Origin: an uncultured Victivallales bacterium
GTDB taxonomy: Bacteria > Verrucomicrobiota > Kiritimatiellia > UBA8416 > CAZWPN01
Reading direction: 5' to 3'
NCBI GenBank assembly: GCA_964635275.1
Contig: CAZWPN010000001.1
Span: 4,149 to 68,148 of the forward strand
DNA length: 64,000 nucleotides
The notes below the pieces were generated by a model, which was not told the origin of the DNA, ran no database searches, and saw only the letters and a list, made by a program, of their open reading frames with translations. This document shows positions 57,662 to 64,000 of this stretch, piece by piece. Each line of letters begins with the position of its first letter. Position 1 is the stretch's first letter. A program made the translations under genes and the position numbers.

Positions 57662-60600
57662 CTATGGCTTCAGCAGCTTGGCGGCGGCCTCCGCCACGGG
57701 CCCCTTCGTTGACGTTGCTGCATTCTTGAGGTAGAGCTTCCCCGCGCCGCCGGCCTGAAGAATCGTCGCCTTGGCCGCCTCGAATTCCACCTTGTTGGTC
57801 GAGCCAAGGCTGTTGATCGCCGCCGGCAGGAGCGCGACCTCGGCTGGCAGGAGCGCCGTGCTCAACGCGTTGGTGGAGATAAGCTGGCGAGTGAAGCCCG
57901 GCCCGCTCCAGAGAAGCGCAATGTTGTTCTGTCCGTCATTGCCGAACTGCAAGTCCACGCGGACCTGGTGCGTTCCGCTGCTCAGAACGATCGCGTTGGT
58001 CCAACTCTGCCCGTCGCCCGGAACCTGCTGGAGCGGGAGGGGCTTGGCGTCCATCCACAGTTGGACCTGGGCGTGTGCCCGCTGCACATACATGACATAC
58101 GCGCCAGGCTGGTTCACGAGCAGCGTTCCGGTCCACCGAGCGGAGATGTCGCGCTGTTGGTTGTTAGGCGCCGGGATGCGGCTATTCTCTATATTCACGG
58201 CAGCTTCAATCCGCGCAGCCAGTTGTCCATCAAACAGTTGTCCGGTGTAGTAGCGGCCCCTCAAGCCCATCACGGGCGCTACAAACGGAGCCCCGAGTGC
58301 CGCCGCGCGTGCGACAACGGCTGCATTGGGCGAAGCGCCGGCCGCTTCCACATAGGCTTTCAACTGTTCATATCCCTTCGGGTCCTTCGTGAGTTTGTTG
58401 AACTCTTCGGCGCTGCCGCCGCAGGCACGATCCAGAACCATGCAGAGCATGGCAGCTTCCGGAATCATCCGGAACGAGTTGTCGTTGCGAACCGCTTCAT
58501 AGAGTGGCACCGCGAGATCCGGCGGGATAAATCCGCCCAGCTCGCGGAGGCTGTCGAAGAGGTCCGGCACAATTGCGGAATCCGGAGCCTTTCGGATGCG
58601 TTCCACCAGCAGGGCCGCGGCGAGGGCGTCGTACTGCTCGGCCAGGATCGCGGCGGCGGCCTTGGCGACCGGATCGGGCTTGTACCGGATCGCGTTACGA
58701 AGGAAGTGAAGGCCCGCATCACCGGACTGGAGCAGAGTCGCCTTGGCCGCGCGGACCTCCGCCCAGTTCGTGGAGGTAAGGCTGTTGATGGCGCCGGGGA
58801 GTTTGGCGAGTTCGCTCTGCCAGAGCGGGGTGCGCAGAACGCTCGGGGGGATGATCTGTTTGCCGATGCCGGGGCCGTTCCAGTAGAGCGTGAGCTGGTT
58901 CCAATCGCCGCCGAGCTGGGCATCCAGACGTATCCGGTGCGTGCCTTTCGCGAGGGTGATCGTGTTGGTATAGCTGTTCTGATCACCCGGAACCTGCTGG
59001 AAGGACAGATTCCTTTCGTCAATCCGCAACTGTGCTTGAGCCTGCGCGCGTTCCACCCAGATGACATAGTCGCCCGGCTGGGTGACCAGCAAGGTTCCCG
59101 ACCATCGCGCGGAAAGATCCCGCTGCCAGTTGGCGGGAACCGGGTATTGCTGGTTCCGGAAACTGACCGAGGCATCGGCCCGTTCCGTTGCCAGTTCGTC
59201 CCGCTGCTGGCCGAGGTAGTAGCTGCCGCGCAATCCCGGCACGGGCGCCACAAAGGAGGGCCCGAATCGGCATGCGCTCATGACCACGGCGTCGTTGCTG
59301 GATGCAAGCGCCTGTGTGACATAGCCCTGCAGTTGTTCATAGGCCTTGGGATCCTTAACGAGCCCGTTGAAGCTTTCCGCATTTCCGCCGCAGGCCCGGT
59401 CCAGGACGATGCAGAGCATGGCGGCTTCCGGGATCATCCGGACATCCTTGTCCGCGCGCACCGCTTCGAGCAGGGCAGGCAGGCTGTCCGCCAGAATGAA
59501 CGCGGCCAGATCGCGGAGGTTCTCCAGCAGGTCGGGTACGATGGCGGAAGCCGGCGTCTTGCGGATACGTTCGACGAGCAAGGGCGCGGCCGAGGCATCG
59601 TACTGCTCGGCCAGGATCGCGGCGGCGGCCTTGGCGACTGCATCGGGCTTATGCCGGATCGCGTTACGAAGGAAGTGAAGGCCCGCATCGCCGGACTGGA
59701 GCAGAGTCGCCTTGGCCGCGCGGACCTCCGCCCAGTTCGTGGAGGTAAGGCTGTTGATGGCGCCGGGGAGTTTGGCGAGTTCGCTCTGCCAGAGCGGGGT
59801 GCGCAGAACGCTCGGGGGGATGATCTGTTTGCCGATGCCGGGGCCGTTCCAGTAGAGCGTGAGCTGGTTCCAATCGCCGCCGAGCTGGGCATCCAGACGT
59901 ATCCGGTGCGTGCCTTTCGCGAGGGTGATCGTGTTGGTATAGCTGTTCTGATCACCCGGAACCTGCTGGAAGGACAGATTCCTTTCGTCAATCCGCAACT
60001 GTGCTTGAGCCTGCGCGCGTTCCACCCAGATGACATAGTCGCCCGGCTGGGTGACCAGCAAGGTTCCCGACCATCGCGCGGAAAGATCCCGCTGCCAGTT
60101 GGCGGGAACCGGGTATTGCTGGTTCCGGAAACTGACCGAGGCATCGGCCCGTTCCGTTGCCAGTTCGTCCCGCTGCTGGCCGAGGTAGTAGCTGCCGCGC
60201 AATCCCGGCACGGGCGCCACAAAGGAGGGCCCGAATCGGCATGCGCTCATGACCACGGCGTCGTTGCTGGATGCAAGCGCCTGTGTGACATAGCCCTGCA
60301 GTTGTTCATAGGCCTTGGGATCCTTAACGAGCCCGTTGAAGCTTTCCGCATTTCCGCCGCAGGTCCGGTCCAGGACGAAGCACAGCATGGCGGCCTCGGG
60401 GATCATCCGGACGTCCTTGTCGGCGCGGATGGCTTCCAGCATGAAAGGCAGGCTGTCCGCTGGCACGAACACGGCCAGATCGCGCAGGTTATCAAGCAGA
60501 TCGGGCACGATGGCGGAAGCCGGCGTCTTGCGGATGCGTTCGACCAGCAGGGCCGCGGCCGGAGCGTCGTTTTGTTGCGACAGAATCGCGGCAGCCGCCT

Positions 60601-63600
60601 TGGCCGCTGGATCGGGCTTGTACCGGATCGCGTTGCGGAGGAAGGTCATGCCCGCATCACCGGCCTGAAGCAGCACTGCCTTGGCCGTACGGACCTCCGC
60701 CCAATTCGTCGAGGTGAGATTGTTGATCGCGCCGGGCAGTCTGGCCAGTGCGTCCGGCCACAGCGGAGTGCGCAGCGCCTCCGGCCCGATGATCCGCCGG
60801 CCAAATCCAGGCCCGGCCCAGTCTAGTTGCCCGCCAATATCCCAATCCCAACCGTCTCTGCCCTGTTGCAGCGTCACGCGAATCCGGTGGACTCCTGCGG
60901 CCACGGCGACCTTGTTGGTCCTGCGATTCCATTCGCCCTGGAACTGAACGGGCACGCCATCGATCGAGATGCCTTGCCATGCCCCGGAGTTGAGGTCGAA
61001 GGTATAGTCGCCTGCCCGCTCCACGTTCAGCCAGCCGTCCCACTGCACGGAAACATTCTTCATCTGGTTGCTCGGCCACGGATACGAACGATCCGGGATC
61101 GAAGCGACGGGATCAAGGCGATCGAGTGTCAACTCCTCGAAATACGCTCCGAGATAGTAGCGGCCGCGGAGTCCCGAGGCGGGCGCCACGAACGGCGCAC
61201 CGAACTGTGCGGCGCGCATGACGACGGCATCGTTGGTTGTGGCGCAGGCCTGTTCGACGTAGGACTTCAGTTGCTCGTGCGCCTTCGGGTCCTTCGCCAG
61301 CTTGTTGAACTCCTCAACCTTGCCGCTGCAGAGCCGGTCCAGGATGATGCAGAGAATGCTGGCCTCGGGGATCATCCGGCTATCCTTGTCCGCGCCGATG
61401 GCCTCGCAGAGGGATGGAACAAGATCCGGCGGGATGTTTGCGGCCAGGCTGCGCAGGTTCTCCAGGAGATCGGGGACGATGGCGGAGTCCGGGGTTTTGC
61501 GGATGCGCTCGATCAGCAGGACCGCAGTCGGGGCATCGTTACGTTCGGTCAGGATGGCGGCGGCTGTTTTTGCCATGGAGTCCGGTTTGTGGCGGATGGC
61601 GTTGCGCAAGAAGATGGGCGCGAACTCCTGCGCCTGTGCCAGTGTGGCGGCGGCGGCCCGCATGGTGGCCAGGTTCGTGGAGGCCAGGTTGTCGATGGCG
61701 GGGGGCAGGGTCAGCAGTGCACTGCGCCAGATGGGGGTGCGGAAGATATTCCCGGCGATAATCTGTTTCGCGACGTTGGTCCAGCTCCATGACATCTCGA
61801 AGACGGCGCCTTCCGCCTTCATGCGGTGCCAGCCGGGTTCCAGGGTGACCGGGGCTCCTGACCGTTCATTCCAGTCCCAGTTGTTGACGACGGGCCGATC
61901 GTCGATGAACAGGGCGGAGTTCCCTCCGGAACGTGAATAGAACGTGTAGGCGGCGGCCGTGTCGATGCGCAGGAAACCGGTCCAGCGCAGAGAGCTGTCA
62001 CCACGCCGGTTTTCCGGAAGCGGGTTCGGATTGGACCGGTCGTTCAGCTCGAACCTTCCCTCGAGCCGCTCCAGGGCGAGTTCGTCGAACTGCTGGCCAT
62101 AGAAGTACTGTCCGCGGAGGCCGCCGGTGAGGTATGGGGTAAACGGGATTCCGTATTCGCAGGCATTCACGACGACCGTGTCTTTGGCGGAGATCGTGGC
62201 CTGTTGGACGTAGCGCTGGAGTTGGTCGTAGCCCTTCGGGTCCTGGACGGCCTGGTTGAACCGGGTCTTGTCGTTGCCGTATACGTCGTTGAGGAGGGCA
62301 CAAAGCGCCGAGGCATGCGGGAGCATGGAGGCATCGGCGTCCTGCAGCATGGTCTTGTAGAGATACTGGATCTGGTCGGGCGCGAGGATCGGTGCCATGT
62401 TGCGCAACGCGACGGTCAACTCGGGAATTACCGGCGACGCGGGGTACTTCTCGATGCGCTCGATCAGGATGGCGGGCGCCCGAGTGTCGCGGCGGGCGAC
62501 CAGCCATTCCGCGGCGCGCGCGGCGACGGGGTCGGACTCGTTCCGGAGCGCATCGCGCAGGTAGATGTCGCCGGCCGTGAATCCCCATGCGAGCCGGGCT
62601 TTGGCTGCGCGCGCGGTGATCCAGTTCGTGGCGGTGAGATCCCGGATGGCCTGGCGTAGCGGAAGCACGGCATCCTTCCAGGGTGGAGAGCGAAGCACGC
62701 CGCCGTCCACGAGCCGCCGTGGCATATCCGGTCCGCTCATGTCAACTCGGATGCCGTATCCATGCTGTACCTGTACGAGGTCCGCGCTGATGGGCACCCA
62801 TCCGGGCTTAAGTTCGACGGTCATATTCGTTCCCGAACCTACAACTCCGGCCAGGATCTGCGTTCCGACCGATACCGAGCCACCGTCGTCCGCGCTTGCG
62901 TAGAATGTATACGTTCCGGCCTTCGGGATATCGAGGAACCCGGTCCACCGCGCGGAGAAGTTTTCGCTCGGCCCGCCCGGAAACGGCGGCGTGTTATAGC
63001 CCGAGATGGCGATTTGCGATTCGGGGCGCTCGTTGGTCAGGCTTCCGAATTGGGTGTCGGCGTAGTAGCGGGCGACGGCGGTGCTGAATGCGCCCGCCAG
63101 CGACCCTCCGTGTCCGCAAACCCAGGCCACAACCTGCGTATCCGTCGAAAGCATCGCGTTCTCTAGGTAGGTTCTGAGCGTCTCGAATGCGTTTGTGGCG
63201 CCGATTAGCTGGTTGTATGGCTCGACCGCCCCTCGGCATCTCTTCTCAAAAGCCGTGACGAGCACACCGGCCGACTCACGACGGACGAAATTTGTGTCGC
63301 AAAGAATGGTCTCATGCAGTGTAACAAATGCGTTGGTTTGGACATTGTCGATCCTGACATTCATGCCTTGAGCCATCAGCTCCAACAAGGGAATGAACTC
63401 GCGTCTTGCCAGTTGCACGGCAAAGAGGGGATAGGCCTTAGCGTCGGCCTGCTCGATAAGCAATCGGGTCGCTATCAAGGCGGCGGCATCCTTGTCTTCC
63501 CGCACGACCTTGCGCAAGAAGATCCGCCCTGTTTCGCCGGCATTGCTCAACTTCTCCTGTGCCACCTGAATGTAGCTTTGATTCTCGGAAGACAGGTACC

Positions 63601-64000
63601 TGACAGACAACCGGAGGTCCACCGCTTCCGCGCGCTCATCTGTCAGCCGGAGCATGATGTCGTACAGGGCCTTTTGCTGCTCCGGATCCTTGCGGGAATC
63701 CTGAAAGGTCTTGCAAAGCCGGATGGCTTCTTGGAATTGGGCGTCCTGTTCCAGTTCGTAAATCCTCTGCAAGTCCAGCGCAAAAGAGGCGTCGAACGCG
63801 ACCCGGACAACCTCCGACGTATCGGTAACGGAACCGCCTACCGGCATCACGACTGTTGCGTCTGCCGCAATTTCGTTGGTTTTTGCAGCAGGCGTGTTCG
63901 TTGCGGATTCAACGACTGTGGGTGGATTCGTTGCAGCAACGATCGGGAGCGGTGCCTGATGTTCGACCGATGGCAATGGCTGCTTCGCCGCCACTTCCGT
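57662..64000 (-). CDS. Giant (>2100 aa) repetitive protein made of at least six tandem modules of a HEAT/ARM-like helical segment plus a PA14 carbohydrate-binding domain. Partial: the N-terminus lies beyond the right edge.
   Basis: PA14 signatures recur roughly every 320 aa (FSARWTGFLDIPKAGTYTFYASADDG; LSARWSGTLLVTQPGDYVIWV; ISARWTGTLLVNQPGAYVMYV). HEAT-like blocks recur between them (FLRNAIRHKPD..AKAAAAIL...LLVERIRKTP.SAIVPDLL.NLR). The reading frame is open to the window edge. Confidence 0.75.
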   Translation of the reverse strand, partial: TEVAAKQPLPSVEHQAPLPIVAATNPPTVVESATNTPAAKTNEIAADATVVMPVGGSVTDTSEVVRVAFDASFALDLQRIYELEQDAQFQEAIRLCKTFQDSRKDPEQQKALYDIMLRLTDERAEAVDLRLSVRYLSSENQSYIQVAQEKLSNAGETGRIFLRKVVREDKDAAALIATRLLIEQADAKAYPLFAVQLARREFIPLLELMAQGMNVRIDNVQTNAFVTLHETILCDTNFVRRESAGVLVTAFEKRCRGAVEPYNQLIGATNAFETLRTYLENAMLSTDTQVVAWVCGHGGSLAGAFSTAVARYYADTQFGSLTNERPESQIAISGYNTPPFPGGPSENFSARWTGFLDIPKAGTYTFYASADDGGSVSVGTQILAGVVGSGTNMTVELKPGWVPISADLVQVQHGYGIRVDMSGPDMPRRLVDGGVLRSPPWKDAVLPLRQAIRDLTATNWITARAAKARLAWGFTAGDIYLRDALRNESDPVAARAAEWLVARRDTRAPAILIERIEKYPASPVIPELTVALRNMAPILAPDQIQYLYKTMLQDADASMLPHASALCALLNDVYGNDKTRFNQAVQDPKGYDQLQRYVQQATISAKDTVVVNACEYGIPFTPYLTGGLRGQYFYGQQFDELALERLEGRFELNDRSNPNPLPENRRGDSSLRWTGFLRIDTAAAYTFYSRSGGNSALFIDDRPVVNNWDWNERSGAPVTLEPGWHRMKAEGAVFEMSWSWTNVAKQIIAGNIFRTPIWRSALLTLPPAIDNLASTNLATMRAAAATLAQAQEFAPIFLRNAIRHKPDSMAKTAAAILTERNDAPTAVLLIERIRKTPDSAIVPDLLENLRSLAANIPPDLVPSLCEAIGADKDSRMIPEASILCIILDRLCSGKVEEFNKLAKDPKAHEQLKSYVEQACATTNDAVVMRAAQFGAPFVAPASGLRGRYYLGAYFEELTLDRLDPVASIPDRSYPWPSNQMKNVSVQWDGWLNVERAGDYTFDLNSGAWQGISIDGVPVQFQGEWNRRTNKVAVAAGVHRIRVTLQQGRDGWDWDIGGQLDWAGPGFGRRIIGPEALRTPLWPDALARLPGAINNLTSTNWAEVRTAKAVLLQAGDAGMTFLRNAIRYKPDPAAKAAAAILSQQNDAPAAALLVERIRKTPASAIVPDLLDNLRDLAVFVPADSLPFMLEAIRADKDVRMIPEAAMLCFVLDRTCGGNAESFNGLVKDPKAYEQLQGYVTQALASSNDAVVMSACRFGPSFVAPVPGLRGSYYLGQQRDELATERADASVSFRNQQYPVPANWQRDLSARWSGTLLVTQPGDYVIWVERAQAQAQLRIDERNLSFQQVPGDQNSYTNTITLAKGTHRIRLDAQLGGDWNQLTLYWNGPGIGKQIIPPSVLRTPLWQSELAKLPGAINSLTSTNWAEVRAAKATLLQSGDAGLHFLRNAIRHKPDAVAKAAAAILAEQYDASAAPLLVERIRKTPASAIVPDLLENLRDLAAFILADSLPALLEAVRADKDVRMIPEAAMLCIVLDRACGGNAESFNGLVKDPKAYEQLQGYVTQALASSNDAVVMSACRFGPSFVAPVPGLRGSYYLGQQRDELATERADASVSFRNQQYPVPANWQRDLSARWSGTLLVTQPGDYVIWVERAQAQAQLRIDERNLSFQQVPGDQNSYTNTITLAKGTHRIRLDAQLGGDWNQLTLYWNGPGIGKQIIPPSVLRTPLWQSELAKLPGAINSLTSTNWAEVRAAKATLLQSGDAGLHFLRNAIRYKPDPVAKAAAAILAEQYDALAAALLVERIRKAPDSAIVPDLFDSLRELGGFIPPDLAVPLYEAVRNDNSFRMIPEAAMLCMVLDRACGGSAEEFNKLTKDPKGYEQLKAYVEAAGASPNAAVVARAAALGAPFVAPVMGLRGRYYTGQLFDGQLAARIEAAVNIENSRIPAPNNQQRDISARWTGTLLVNQPGAYVMYVQRAHAQVQLWMDAKPLPLQQVPGDGQSWTNAIVLSSGTHQVRVDLQFGNDGQNNIALLWSGPGFTRQLISTNALSTALLPAEVALLPAAINSLGSTNKVEFEAAKATILQAGGAGKLYLKNAATSTKGPVAEAAAKLLKP
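58622..60390. repeat. Near-perfect in-frame tandem direct repeat, 2 x 969 bp (about 700 bp identical, flanks >95%), inside the giant PA14 gene. More diverged copies at the same period extend to ~62.6 kb.
   Basis: Identical ORF translations are reported at 58465..59253 and 59434..60222, at 58719..58904 and 59664..59873, and at 59019..59273 and 59988..60242, all offset by 969 nt. Direct sequence comparison confirms this. Confidence 0.9.

Noticed and set aside
58622-60390. Possibility that the tandem repeats are a CRISPR array or a mobile element.
   Set aside because: The repeat unit is 969 bp, in-frame and coding, with no short repeat-spacer structure. There are no flanking transposase or integrase genes and no terminal inverted repeats.
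57968-60826. 952-aa plus-strand ORF that also contains the 969-bp repeats.
   Set aside because: It is antisense to the giant minus-strand gene. The minus frame has clear PA14 and HEAT-like motifs. The plus frame is a typical high-GC shadow ORF rich in Arg, Gly and Ala, with no motifs.

Overview
High-GC (~63%) bacterial chromosomal segment from a diderm organism. LptE-like and BamD-like genes are present, and the nusA-infB-rbfA-truB-ribF cluster, rpsT, plsY and gpsA are all intact.

Positions ~1-40,100 are one very large cell-surface glycan biosynthesis locus. It holds at least 14 glycosyltransferases: GT4, GT2, two GT9 heptosyltransferase-like, two GT-C/ArnT-PMT-like, and a WecA-like initiating phosphoglycosyltransferase. 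It also holds a Wzm/Wzt ABC exporter, a Wzy_C/WaaL-like ligase fused to TPR repeats, two formyltransferase + CE4 (ArnA-N/ArnD-like) pairs next to an ArnC-like GT2, a DegT aminotransferase, a WbqC-like protein, an AsnB-type amidotransferase, an SDR epimerase/decarboxylase, an LmbE deacetylase, a membrane-anchored SGNH hydrolase, and a radical-SAM/SPASM-AMP-ligase fusion that runs off the left edge.

Positions ~40.3-50.3 kb are housekeeping genes.

Positions ~50.3-57.6 kb are a putative polysaccharide-degradation operon: a six-hairpin glycoside hydrolase, a TIM-barrel-alcohol-dehydrogenase fusion, a heparinase II/III-like gene and a GH127/DUF1680-like gene.

Positions 57.7-64.0 kb (minus strand, continuing beyond the window) encode a giant (>2100 aa) protein built from at least six HEAT-like + PA14 modules, including a perfect ~0.97-kb in-frame tandem duplication.

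No rRNA, tRNA or CRISPR was detected. Several gene pairs are joined by GTGA/TAATG start-stop overlaps. All calls are from manual translation and motif recognition only; no database searches were run.
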